From Anthoceros angustus (Eukaryota; Plantae; Anthocerotophyta), in assembly GCA_010909165.1 (NCBI GenBank), contig MU008162.1, positions 2,046,001 through 2,110,000 on the forward strand: DNA of 64,000 nucleotides. The letters run 5' to 3'. The notes beneath the pieces are model-generated. The model was given only the letters and a program-made list of their open reading frames with translations. It was not told the DNA's origin and did no database searches. Below, in pieces: positions 1 to 12,500 of this stretch (positions are counted from its first letter, which is position 1; the number at the start of each line of letters is the position of its first letter). The position numbers were made by a program, and so were the translations under genes.

Positions 1-390
1 GCTGTCCACGAGCACAGGCGCCGCATGACGGCCGCACAAGTACTGCCATCCGCCATGCATCCCGATATCGCAGACAAATGAAAGTACAATGTTAGGGCTA
101 GGGGCAGAACACAGAGGCGGACGCAAGGCATGATCAAAACAACGTGAAAGGTCCGCAAACATGCCATTGCATGCATGCCAAAATTCCCAAAGGACGCATA
201 ATCATGCATGCTTCCAATCGACCATGTCGATGACACTAGTTTGAACAGCGGCATCAAGCACCATTGGAGCCTAAGCTCGTCGGCCGGCAATAACGATAGG
301 GCCGGCGGTGGCGTCTTGTGCACACGGGCATGCCCGCACCATGGGTGCCTAGGCGCTGCCGCCGGCACCATGGGTGCTGGCGTCCATTAG

Positions 391-1965
391 ACTCCACAGG
401 CGCGCCCTGACGGCCGCACAAGTACCTTCGTACCGCCATGCATCACAAGTACATGGGTGCGGCATGCCGCCACATGTCCATGGGCGCGGCATTCGGCAAC
501 CGAAAGTGCGCGCATGTCGCAACAGCGATCTGCGCTAGCATGCCGGAACAAGCGATACGTGGCGGCATGCCGGTAATCTCTAGTACATGGTCGGCATAAC
601 AGAACACACACAAGTGCGTGGGCCACGCATGATCACAGTGTGTGGGCGGCATCGGCATTCCAATTCAATTGAATTGCCGGTAACCCAATGGTTCATCTGC
701 GCCGGCATTCGGGCACCCCACTAGTCATCGGGAACAGGCATGTTGGCAACAACGTGGCAACTGGGCGCCGGCATGCCGGCGCCCTAGCAGTGCCTCTGCG
801 GTGGCATGCATGCAACATAGTGTTGCCGGAATCACCATACAGAGGAATAGGTAGGAACCAGCATGCCGGCGCACACACTGTTGGGAAGGTGAGCACTCGG
901 CCGTGCAGGTGAGCACAACTTTGCCACACTTACAGATTAATGTCCAAACGGCATTGGGCTTGGAAAGTCGTACCTTGGTGCTCGTGCTTCTTATGTTGAA
1001 CTTCAATCCTGCGCATAATGAACATGTCGAAAACCTATTGGACTTGGGTATCTTCACCCGTTTGAAGTTCTTCCCAAAGCCGCAGAAGTAGGCATATGAA
1101 ATAAAGCGCAATCCTTTGTGCTCCATTTCCCTTTGTATTGTGTCCGGACCTCTAGCTTAGTGAATGTGTCGGCAAGTTATACACCTCCACGCACAGGCGC
1201 CGCATGACGGCCGCACAAGTACCCGTACGCCATGCATCACAAGTACATGGGTGTGCATGCCGCCACACATGTCCATGGGCGGCATTCGGCAACATGAAGT
1301 GAAAGTGCGCGGCATGTCGGCGGCATACTGCGCTAGCATGCCGGAACAAGCGATGCGGCTGGCATGCTAATCTCTAGTACATGGTCGGCGGAACACACAA
1401 GTGCGTGGGCCAGATAACATGATCACAGTGTGTGGGCGGGCATCGGCATTCCACAAATTCATGTGTTGAATTGCCGGTAACCCAATGGTTCATCTGCGCC
1501 GCATTCGGGCACCCCACTAGTCATCGGCGGGCATGTTGGCAACAGCGGCGCGGCATGCCGGCGCCCTAGCAGTGCCTCTGCGGTGGCATGCATGCAACAT
1601 AGTGTTGCCGGAATCACCATACAGAGGAATAGGTAGGAACCATGCGCACTGCTGGGAAGGTGAGCACTCGGCCGTGCGGTGAGCACAACTTTGCCACGAT
1701 TCTGATTAATGTCCAAACGGCATTGGGCTTGGAAAGTCGTACCTTGGTCGGTGCGGCGTCTGCTTCTTATGTTGAACTTCAATCCTGCGCATAATGAACA
1801 TGTCGAAAACCTATTGGACTTGGGTATCTTCACCCGTTTGAAGTTCTGCTCCCAAAGCCAGAAGTAGGCATATGAAATAAAGCGCAGTCCCTTCTGCTCC
1901 ATTTCCCGTTTGTACTGTGTCCAAACCTCTAGCTTAGTGAATGTGTCTGGTAAGTTATACACCTC
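391..1965. repeat. ~800-bp imperfect tandem duplication
   Basis: Block starting cacaggcg..gacggccgcacaagtac at ~395 recurs at ~1192 (partial third copy at ~13); copies differ mainly by indels. Confidence 0.9.
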
Positions 1966-2010
1966 CACGCTTGGTAAACGCTCTGCCAAGTGGATGAATG
2001 TAGAGTCCAT
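725..2010 (-). pseudogene. Transposase-like fragment (Sola/DUF7869-type Cys motif), present in two tandem copies
   Basis: 'ISYAYF..LW.QNFKRVKIPKSNRFSTCSLCAGLK' (PKxxRFxxCxxC) occurs in both ORF 725-1126 and ORF 1459-2010; frameshifted. Confidence 0.45.
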
Positions 2011-4643
2011 CCACGCAATCGCACCCTAAGCATGGGAGGATTGAACCCGAGGACTCGGCTTGTTCTCATCCCATGAAGCATTACACAGTACCCTCCTCTT
2101 CAACTCTTCATATCTTGTTGAGCCGATGCGTACACCAACCGGAAGGCTTTCGTGAGATCTCATTGAGCAGCACCATGAGATGGGTTATAACTCGTTGTCT
2201 TGAGCTGGCCTGCAACTGGTCGACAAGGGATCAAGAAATGTTTCTGTCTGCTCAACCTCGGAACTGTCCGCTCGAAGCCTTCTTTGGTCAACATTTGGAT
2301 GCACAATTTGTTGCAACATGGTTTCGAAAATCCGCAACACAGTCCCCTCTGTCTTACGCAAAAGCGCAGCCGGCGCTTGAACCCGATATCATGTTCGCTT
2401 CAGCGTCTGGACATAGGTTTGGATGATAGGAAGGTGGACTTCGTCTTACCGGTGGTGTCTGGAAAACATTCTCTTCATCCACATTTGGGTGTCCAGCTTC
2501 TCCACCACTAGCATTTCCATTAAAGCGGACCTCGGACCGCACAACCGCTCGCCACTTTCCGGACGTACCCTCCCTCCACAGGACTTCTATCCATTGCGTG
2601 TAGAGATTCATATTTCTTGGAGTGGGAGGAAAGCGAGGCACACGAGCCTGCGATGAGTCCTCCTCCACCTGGACACCGCGAAAGTGAACATTTGTCGCAA
2701 TGCGGAAGTGCAGCGTCCACACGCGAGAACTCCACTTCACGCTTTATAACATGTCACCAATGCTCGATTGTAATTGCTTACTTTCTTTGAGAAGGTTGAG
2801 GCATGCATGCAAACGGCCGAGTCATATCTGGCGGCAAAATTCGCTTGACGCGTTTGGTTCTTCTTTCCGAATCGATCTCTCGGAGATATTGGGAGGCATC
2901 TTCGCCTCCAAAATGAACATCGCCATCACGGTCCTTCAGATCGGCAACCACGTGACCCACATTGCCATTAAGTTTCACTACAAAGGGTAATAGAAGTGAG
3001 GGGCACAGTGGTATCACCTCGGCGTCATGAAGAATGTGCGTAGCTTGCAGCATGATGAAGGTCTAGAACCTTGACGACCTCGCCGGTGACACCAATAGTC
3101 ACCAACCTCGCAAACTATAGCCACGCTTGCTCTCGTGTGTTGTACCTCTCTCACATTCCAGCCTTGTATGGAACATTGAATGGGTGGAAAACGGGTTTCA
3201 CGTTTCTTGAAAGCCAAAGCAACAAGGCCAATCCTTCTCGCAAGAAGTGGACGCAAAATATTTTTAAGGCATGCATCATTACGATCTAGCGGATCGAACG
3301 GCTCAATTTATGGTTTTAACCACGGTAAAGCAGCGTTTCCATCTTCGCCGCAACTAATTTAGGGTTTCCTCCCATACGACACATCGGCACCGTATTATAA
3401 GCACGGGTGTCTATTGTCGACCTACAAGTGAGCGTATGACGCCATCTTCTTCCTTTATTGGGTTCGGAAGGCAACAAGTGCTTGTGAGAGAACTCTGTGC
3501 TCCGGCAATTCGCGACTGCGATGGCGCACCAGCACCAGCAATTCCCGCCTTGCTCCGGCAATTCCGTGTCGCGGTGAAGGAATTCGGTGCCGCGCAGCGA
3601 AACTGCTCAGAGCCAAGTCCCGGCCCGTCTCGAGCGGCGAGCATCAAATTCGGCTAACCCCACAAGCATCGTGCACGGCGGCGAGGAGGTATTTCGCTTC
3701 AACCCACACAACCATTGTTTTGGATGGGCAATTCTGCCCTTGACCCGTCTTGTGTGATTTCGTGAGAGCAGATATGGCAAGTGGGCGGGCCGGAAGGAGC
3801 GGCTGGCAGATCTGTAGAGCTTGTGGACAAGCCAAAGCGGCATAAGAAACGACACTCAAGAAGGAAGAGGCAGTGGCCACTGTGAGCATAGCGTGGAGGG
3901 GCAAAGGGTCCAAGTCTGGTTCCCACGTTTCGAAACCAAGCTCGCAAAGGGAGCGCAAGGGCACAGGAAAAGGTTGGCCTTCCCAAGTCTCGAAGGCTCC
4001 TCCCGGATCCCATCCCATCTCCTTATACGTATGAGGAGGCGGTGCACCAGCAGCACACAAGCCAGTTGATGAAGTTGTTTTGTTGGAGAAAGACGGTTGT
4101 TCACGCAATCGGAGGAACTCAAGAGGACACAATGGTGTGGACTCCTTGTTAAAATGTGGATTTTGGGTTCAATGGTGCTTTGCACAATCGGAGGGCTAGG
4201 CGGGATGGGTTCTCACAGGCTACAATGGATGTGGTGGATGGTGAACCGGAGTTCAGTTTTGTGCACATCCAAGCCTTACGAAGTGGAAGGGTTGCCACCG
4301 ACACCGATGACTACAATGTGTATGTGCTAATGCAAACTTTCACGGCGGGAAGTGTGAACCGTATATCCTGTCAAGGAAGTTCTTGGATGCCTGGCGAATT
4401 GAAAATGTAAGTGCAAATGTTTCCCCTCAACTCTCTCTAACATGATCGGTGTGTATTTGAGAGGCTGATAAAAGTAACACATGTCTTGTGCCAAAACCAT
4501 GTGCAGGGTGGAAGATCATTTTATAGGTTTCTTTGTCAGGTGATTACAGACTCCATGAAAATGCACCGCCGCGAGATGTCTTTGCGGAGGACAAGGCAGG
4601 CCCTTCCACAGTTTGCCTTTACTAATGCAGAAGAAGAGGAAGC

Positions 4644-6770
4644 AGAGTTTGGACCCTCAGATGAGGAGGATGGTCCCATTAAGCAGCTAGGACAATGGAT
4701 GAGGAAGCCTCAAGACCATGAGGAGGAAAGGGACAAGGGCTTTGCTTGTGCCAAAGTTAGCATATCCTCGATGAAGATGGGAGGAGGAACCCTTCGACAA
4801 CCGATTGGGAAGCCCGCAACAAATAGGTTTGTATCGGGCTTTGATGCAGGGAGGAGGAAGGGCGCCGGCATGCGGCCTGGGTGCCTTCCCAAGCGAGAAG
4901 GCACCCTAGCACGTTAGGTGGTGGTGTGCAATCGAGGCACCACCGCTAGTGGTAGTGGGGAGCCCGCCACCGAGGGCTAAGAAACAAGATAATCGGGAGC
5001 CATGGAGCTCTCTATGCAGGTGGAGACGTCGGAGGAGGAAGGGCGCGGCATGCGCCCCTCCTTCCTCCGATGAGGTGCGGCGCCGGCATGCCGCGCCCAT
5101 GTCTCGAGGCGGTGGAAGGGAGGCGGACGGCATGCCGCGCCCCTCCTCCGAGCATGGATGTGGGCGCCGGCATGCGGCGCCGGCATGCGGCGCCGGCATG
5201 CCGGCGCCCCCTCTCCTCCGATGGTGAAGAGGGCGGCATGCGGCCCCCTTCGGCGGAAGGTGGGGATGCGGGCCGCATGCCGCGCCTTCGGTGGAAGGTG
5301 GGGATGCGGCGCCGGCATGGCGCCACCGTGAGCCGAGCAGAGATGGAGAACCTGTCGGGAAGAGGAAGACTTCCTCATCGACCCACCGAGGCAACAATGG
5401 ACTCACGGTGGATGCCGCAGCAGATACGAGGCGGAAGAAAGGAAAACGCGTCGCACGCCTTCCGATAGCAATGACATTCCAACTGTACATGTGGCCACAG
5501 ATGGGGAGCATCGACTGCAGGCATCTATGTTGGATGAAGATTATTTGAGCAAACTGCGAGAATCGGCGTATGCAAAAAGGTGGTTCCAGAAACTGTTCTT
5601 GTGAAGCTCGAGAACTTGAGGCCTGCATCATTTCTGACTCCGATGCAGATCCGGAATGTGGATGAGGCTGGGCTAACTATTTGGCACGTGTGATAGCAAA
5701 GGACGATAGAGGAAGGCGAGTTTGGACCCTCGGATGAGGAGGATGGTCCCATTGGGCGTAGGCGTCGGATGAGGAAGCCTCAAGACCATGAGGAGGAAAG
5801 GGACAAGGGCTTCTTTGCTTGTGCCAAAGTTAGCATACGTTCGATGAAGATGGGAGCAGGAGGAACCCTCCTCTTCGCGACAACCGATTGGGAAGCCCGC
5901 AAATAAATAGGTTTGTATCGGGCTTTGATGCGAGGCGGGGAGGAGGCGCCGGCATGCGGCGTCTGGGTGCCTTCCCAAGCGAGAAGGCACCCTAGCACGT
6001 TAGGTGGTGTGCAATCGGAGGCACCACCAGCGCTAGTGGTAGTGGGGAGCCCGCCACCGAGGCGAAGACATCTGGAGCCATGGAGCTCTCTATGCAGTGG
6101 TGGAGACGTCGGAGGAGGAAGGGCGCGGCATGCCGGCGCCTCCTTCCTCCGATGATATGTGGTGCGGCGCATGCCGGCGCCCATGTCAGGCGGTGGAAGG
6201 GAGGCGGGGCCGGCATGCCGCGCCCCTCTCCTCCGATATATGATGTGGGCGCATGCCGGCCTCCCTCCAGGTATGGATGTGGGCGCGGCATGCATAGCCT
6301 CCGATGGTGAAGAGGCGGCATCGGCTCCCCTTCGGAAGGTGGGGATGCGGCGCCGGCATGCCGCGCCTTCGGTGGAAGGTGGGGATGCGGCGCCGGCATG
6401 CGCCCACTGAGCCGCAGAGATGGAGAACCTGTCGGGAAGAGGAAGACTTCCTCATCGACCCACAGAGGCAGTCGGACTCACGGTGTGGATGCCGCAGCGG
6501 TCTGGCGGAAGGAAAACGCGCGGCCTTCCGATAGCAATGACATTCCAACGTACATGTGGCCACGATGGGGGCAGCGCATCTATGTTGGATGAAGATTATT
6601 TGAGCAAACTGCGAGAATCGGCGTATGCAAAAAGGTGGTTCACTGTTCTTGTGAAGCTCGAGAACTTGAGGCTGCATCATTTCGACTCCGATGCCGCAGA
6701 TCCGGAATGTGGATGAGGCTGGGCTAACTATTTGGCACGTGTGATAGCAAAAGGACGATAGAGGAAGGAG
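4644..6770. repeat. ~1.07-kb imperfect tandem duplication, GC-rich, many GCATGC palindromes
   Basis: gagtttggaccctc..gatgaggaggatggtcccatt at ~4644 and ~5718; both copies end in gtgatagcaaa..ggacgatagaggaagg. Confidence 0.9.
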
Positions 6771-9520
6771 TCCTCCCCACCGCTATGATTGACCCATCGA
6801 ATGCGGGGATATCCAAGCCCGGATGGATCAAGTTTTAAGCTAAATGCGTGATGGGAGTCTTAGGTGGCAATCATACATATGCCATGAAGCACCTTCGACA
6901 TATCGCCAGGAAGGCAAGGTTCCAATGGATGGAGGCCCATGTTTATTGTGGGCTTACTATACAGAGATGAGGATATTGGCAATGAGACCACAACACGATG
7001 TCCGATAAGAGGAAAAGATGAATTTCATCGAACAAGTTAGGTACTGCGAGATGAGCTCCAAATTGCAAAGCGAGATGGTGTGACCATGAGCATGAACTGA
7101 AGTTTAACCTTTATAAGGTGCTTGGGCTAATAGAGGGCGATGAAGGTCGCGAGGATGAGCAATATAAAGAACAAGGTGGACAACAGACACATATTCTATG
7201 CATTGCGAAATTGGAGGGAAAGGTTTGGAAGAATGTTGATAGTATTTTCACAAAGTGGGAGGCCATGGAGCTACGGCGAGGCAAAGCATGTGGCAGCCGG
7301 GACCAGCAAGAAGGGCAAAGGAAAAGCATAAAGTTGGTGATGAAACAAAGTCATTGAAGGTGTATTTGAAAGAAATGCGGGCAAGCCATGGCGCGATTTT
7401 CAAGGTATTCCTCCGTGGGAGGCGGCGAAGATGCTAATTAGTGTGATGAGAAGGTGTTGATGGTCTTCTAGACTGAATGGAATGTCCAAGGAGGTGACAT
7501 GGAAGAAATTTCATGTCATACAAGTGGCTATGGCAAAGCATCCGGGTGTAGTTCATTCGACATGGTGAGAGACGAATACCCACTACACTCATCGGATGCG
7601 ATGTCGCGAGGTTCCAAACCGCTTTTGAGGGAAAGGTATGTCCTTCTATGTCCTGTTCGATTAGATTGGTTGAAGGCGCCGGCTTCGCACCAATCGCTTT
7701 TTCTTGTTTTTCAATCGGAGGAGGCGGGCGCCGGCATGCGGCGCCCGCCTCTCTTCTCCGGCGTGATTGTGAAGCTTTAGCGGTTGTCTTCGTGCGGCAA
7801 GTAAAAGATGTTGAAGACAAGAAATTGCAGGATTTTCAAGCTTTCATACGAGAGGTGCACACATGGAAAGGCTTGGAGGACGAGCAAAGGGCACTTGCGG
7901 ACATGGACATGGAGGAAGGGCTCCAATCTTTCACGGTGCCAAAACGGAGAATATTGTGAACTACTGTGGTATCAAGAGATGCCTTGGACATGCGGGGTTT
8001 CTACGGGTTCAAGGTACACACTATTGTTGATGGATGTGCCGATTCAATAAGGGACAACATGATGTGAAGATGGATCGAGTGAACACCATTTTCCATTCTT
8101 TCCATGACATGACAAGTTGCTCGGAGATTAGATTGATAGTCATGCATGGAGTAGAAGAGCTGCACATGGTGAGAGAGGCAATGCGGAAGTGGTGCAGGTG
8201 GAGGGATGGTCTCCTTCGTTTGGGATAAAGCGAATATGCACGACCAAGGAGGCTATGACATGGAGTACATCACGGTGGGTGGGGTTTCACCTCCGGCAGA
8301 TCGGGAAGATGTCTATGCTCCCGAATAACTTGCAGGCTCTTTCAACAATGGGCGTGCAGCTTGCGCGACACTGTGAAGAAGCATTGTATATGTCATTTGA
8401 CAAGCGGTGGTATCAAGAGATGCCTTGGACATGCGGGGTTTCTACGGGTTCAAGGTACACACTATTGTTGATGGATGTGCCGATTCAATAAGGGACAACA
8501 TGATGTGAAGATGGATCAGCACGGTGAACACCATTTTCCATTCTTTCCATGACATGACAAGTTGCTCGGAGATTAGATTGATAGTCATGCATGGAGTAGA
8601 AGAGCTGCACATGGTGAGAGAGGCAATGCGGAAGTGGTGCAGGTGGAGGGATGGTCTCCTTCGTTTGGGATAAAGCGAATATGCACGACCAAGGAGGCTA
8701 TGACATGGAGTACATCACGGTGGGTGGGGTTTCACCTCCGGCAGATCGGGAAGATGTCTATGCTCCCGAATAACTTGCAGGCTCTTTCAACAATGGGCGT
8801 GCAGCTTGCGCGACACTGTGAAGAAGCATTGTATATGTCATTTGACAAGCGGTGGTATCAAGAGATGCCTTGGACATGCGGGGTTTCTACGGGTTCAAGG
8901 TACACACTATTGTTGATGGATGTGCCGATTCAATAAGGGACAACATGATGTGAAGATGGATCAGCACGGTGAACACCATTTTCCATTCTTTCCATGACAT
9001 GACAAGTTGCTCGGAGATTAGATTGATAGTCATGCATGGAGTAGAAGAGCTGCACATGGTGAGAGAGGCAATGCGGAAGTGGTGCAGGTGGAGGGATGGT
9101 CTCCTTCGTTTGGGATAAAGCGAATATGCACAACGACCAAGGAGGCTATGACCTGGAGAGTACATCACGGTGGGTGGGTTTCACCTCCTCAGACGATCGG
9201 GAAGATGTCTATGCTCCCGAATAACTTGCGGGGCTCTTTCAACAATGGGCGCTTGCGCACGACTTTGTGTGAAGAAGCATTGTATATGTCATTTGACAAG
9301 CGGTGGTATGTGCATACGAGGCCTCTAGGCACGATGATGAAGCTCATCAAGAACTTTTCGAAAGAGGCGGGTTACGGATGTATGTCTTTGGGAGTGGTAC
9401 GACATTGGCGTAGCTATGTGGACGCAATTGTATTGCTCGATATTGATAAGCGGTGTCGGAGTTTATTCCAGAGGATCCATGGATATGAAGTCTGCCGGAT
9501 GCCGAGGAGGAATTGACTCA
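5420..9520 (+). pseudogene. Frameshifted ParB/Srx-like domain followed by beta-class N4/N6 DNA methyltransferase-like domain
   Basis: Hand translation across frameshifts: DEDYLSKL...VLGGNHTYA (6863-6874)...VYCGL...LAMRxHN (ParB-like); then LLLMDVP (motif IV-like, ~8033), FVWDK...MEYI, HTRPLGTMMKLIKNFS (motif X-like), FGSGTTLA (9387-9410, motif I) and GRNCIA/LDID (motif II). Confidence 0.6.
7966..9308. repeat. 445-bp unit repeated three times in tandem
   Basis: gtggtatcaagagatgccttggac at ~7966, ~8407 and ~8852; ORFs 8189-8491 and 8634-8936 are identical. Confidence 0.95.
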
Positions 9521-12500
9521 TGAGCCGCGTCGGGACCCTCCCAATTCAGGCTAAGGAATTGAGTCTTTCGAGAAGGATGTCTCCGTGCTCGTGGTTCCTT
9601 TGGGGTTGAATAGGATGAAGGAGATCACGGAGATATTCGGGCGATGGCCAACAAACCTTGCCCACCTTATGGCAGAGAACAACGGAAAGGAAATGATGGT
9701 GGCCTTTTGGATGCAGAGAATGCCATGAGGGAGAATGACAATTTCAAGATGCGGAGGAGGCAAGGTCAAGAGTACGGAAGTCGTCTTTGGATGCGTGCAG
9801 GCGGTGCCACAGTCCCAACCTTGCGGATTAATTGGGCGATTAGGTCAAAGTTGCCTTGGCTGTCCGCGGATTTCGAGCCATCGATATAGTGCAAAAGCGG
9901 CATGCGGTCTTGACTTTATACATATTCGTGTTTGGGATTTGAATCCTTTTATGCATATGTTCTGCCATTGCTCGTTCATAGTTTGCATACATTCTTTGCA
10001 TCGTGTGATCTCCACAAGACCGTATCCGCATATCATATCGATGAAATCGGACAAAACCATATTGTATGCCATTGACCAACTGCGGCCAAAAACCCGAGGA
10101 ATGAAAAAGCGCTTTTGTGACCGTGGAGCACATAGAAAATTGGTCCGAGGTTTCTGGAAGCGGCTTCGTATATTCAGCCCCTTCAAATATTAGCATGTTG
10201 ATTGGATAATCGTGCTTCTTGTCATCCCTTTGGCTTAGAATGGTAATTGCATAGGCGAAGCGTCTACAAACACGTGGAATTTCTTGCTCGGTCGCGGCGT
10301 GGGTCTTTGTGATCGGTGGTCGAAGATCATTGAAGGCCTCCTCTCGTTTTTCGTCCATTCCACTCCACGGTCCTTGCGAAGCGATTACGTAGCGGAGCTG
10401 CCCTTACGGAAATTCTTCACAAACCTTCGATAATAGCCTACCATTCCGAGGAATCCCTAAGCTCCTTGATGTGGTAGGTGGCTTGAGGCGGTAATGATTT
10501 TGACCTTATCCGGGTCGACCTCTATCCCCAGCAATCGGTGCCCCAACAAAATACCCTCGGCATGCGAAATAACATTTCTCGGGATGTAGACACAATTAGT
10601 CATTGACACCGTTCGGACATTTGCGAAGGTGGTTGAGGTGATCTTTGTTGCTCAAACACGAAGTCATCCGGAAGACCTCCATGAAGTCCCTAAGGTATTC
10701 CTTGAAAATCTTGACAAGTCGCATGAAGGATCACTGGTGCCCTGTTAATCCGAGCACTCCGTTTGTAGGCATAGGTTCCCGATGCTGTAGTGAAAATTGG
10801 TGGCCAATCACTCTCCACGAGATGTAGTGGTTATACCGAATACCCATCCGAGGAGCAGGTAGACCATTCTCCCTGCAACTAAGTCCGATTATGTTGTCTA
10901 TGAATGGAAGCGGGTAATGGTCTTTTTGGTCACCTTGTTTAACTTCCTCCAATCACAGCGGACCCGTATCTTCCCTTACGCTTTTGGGAACCACCACAAT
11001 TGGGGCTACCCACTCCGATGTCACAATAGGATATATGGCGTCGCATAGTAGAGCTCCATGTTCCTTTACCTTCGAATACTTTGGATTTAGCTTGTATTGC
11101 GGTCCGGGTTGCACCGGCTCGAGATCAATCTTGTGCTCCCCACTCCCTCGGTATACCCTTCATGTCACGTCAAAAGCAAAACGTGGATAAATTCCATGAT
11201 TTGTTTCATACCCTTTCCAAGTGCATTCATCTCGAAAACTTAAGGACCTTTGGGCAACACTTCCACGTCCTTGACCTCATCCGTCATGCCACTCTCTCCA
11301 CGGCGGATGTGATGCGAACCCTTCCTCCGGTGTCTTGGTTCTCCTTGGCGCATTCCCCATTCCGGAATAGGTCGAGGTAAAGCGTGAGACACCCTCCTCG
11401 CACCTCAGTTTGTCCGGATCGTCGCTCCCCGGCTCACCACCTCTACTTCTGTTCCTCGACCTCCGTCCGGCCTCCGATCCTCCTCCGACCACCGGGTTGT
11501 CAATTGTGACTCCATAGCACCCTAATAGGTTGATGGAATGGGAATATCTCTCCGTGTCCTCTTCATCGACCACGAAATATGCGAATGGGAATTTCTCCTT
11601 CTCATCCTCCCCTCCCCAGGTATCTTGAGAGGTGTATCCCTCCGTTTATGGGTGTCTCCCTGCGTCGTATCTGCTCCAAGTCAAACATATCCTTCCTCCT
11701 TAATTTTGGGGTCCCGATCCGGAGGTTTGAATCCCACTTCCTTTCTCGCCCATTTGAAGGTGCAACGTGCCCCATACATCCATGTTCGTCAATGAGAACC
11801 TCATACCACAGCGCTTTTTGTTTAATGACCACGTAGTCCATGAGGTGCGGAATGGTACCAATATGGGTTAGGACTCCGTCACTCCCTACGCCATTTTGGA
11901 CATGTCCGCCCGCAACACCTTTGATGTATGTTCTATCGCAACCCAAGCTTAGGCGGTCTCCTCTGTCATGATGTTGACTCGACCGGAATCTAGCGGCACC
12001 TTCTTGATTACACATCCATAATTTCTCTGCTCAGACACAGTCCATCATGGCCACCATATTCACAAGGGGTTTCGGCCTTGGGGTGGAAAGGTTCGTCTCT
12101 TCTTGGGTTGTGCGCCTTCAATGCCCCACCAGTTCTTTGGCGGTCTGCGGATTGTCCACTGTCAAGTTATCATGAACTTTTGGTCCATGATAGCGTCCAA
12201 ATTGAAAGGAACACTGTTGTGCTGTTTCTCCTTGCCAACCCCACCGTCATTTCGGCAACGCTGTTTGAGATGTTGCGGTCGTTGAAGCAGGCGTGGGTGG
12301 GTGGGTGGGTCGATGGCCAAAAATGGCCGTCGAACTGTTCGATTCTTGTCGGATCATATCCATAACTTCCCGACATCGGTGACGGACTCATCCTTTTTCC
12401 TCTTGCGGGTTTTCGCCCCATGTGTCTCGAGTCCCGCTTCGTCTCGTTTGCACTTCACCCTCGAATCCAGCGGTCTCGTGCTAAGGGAGTTACACTGTGA

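Larger units (their letters stand above)
1..10190. mobile_element. Degenerate large DNA-transposon-like element (Sola/DUF7869-like transposase remnant on minus strand, ParB-methyltransferase cargo on plus strand); left end outside window
   Basis: Transposase-like motif fragments at 725-2010 (-), a divergent cargo ORF remnant at ~5400-9520 (+), and an abrupt junction at ~10190 where it truncates a Gypsy RNase H. Terminal repeats cannot be verified because the left end is missing. Confidence 0.45.

Noticed and set aside
4906-6716. Many overlapping 100-240-aa ORFs on both strands
   Set aside because: Products of GC-rich palindromic repeats with few stop codons; low-complexity translations.
9840-10358. 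172-aa ORF as a single gene
   Set aside because: Chimeric: a Gypsy RNase H start reading through the junction into the neighbouring element's noncoding end.
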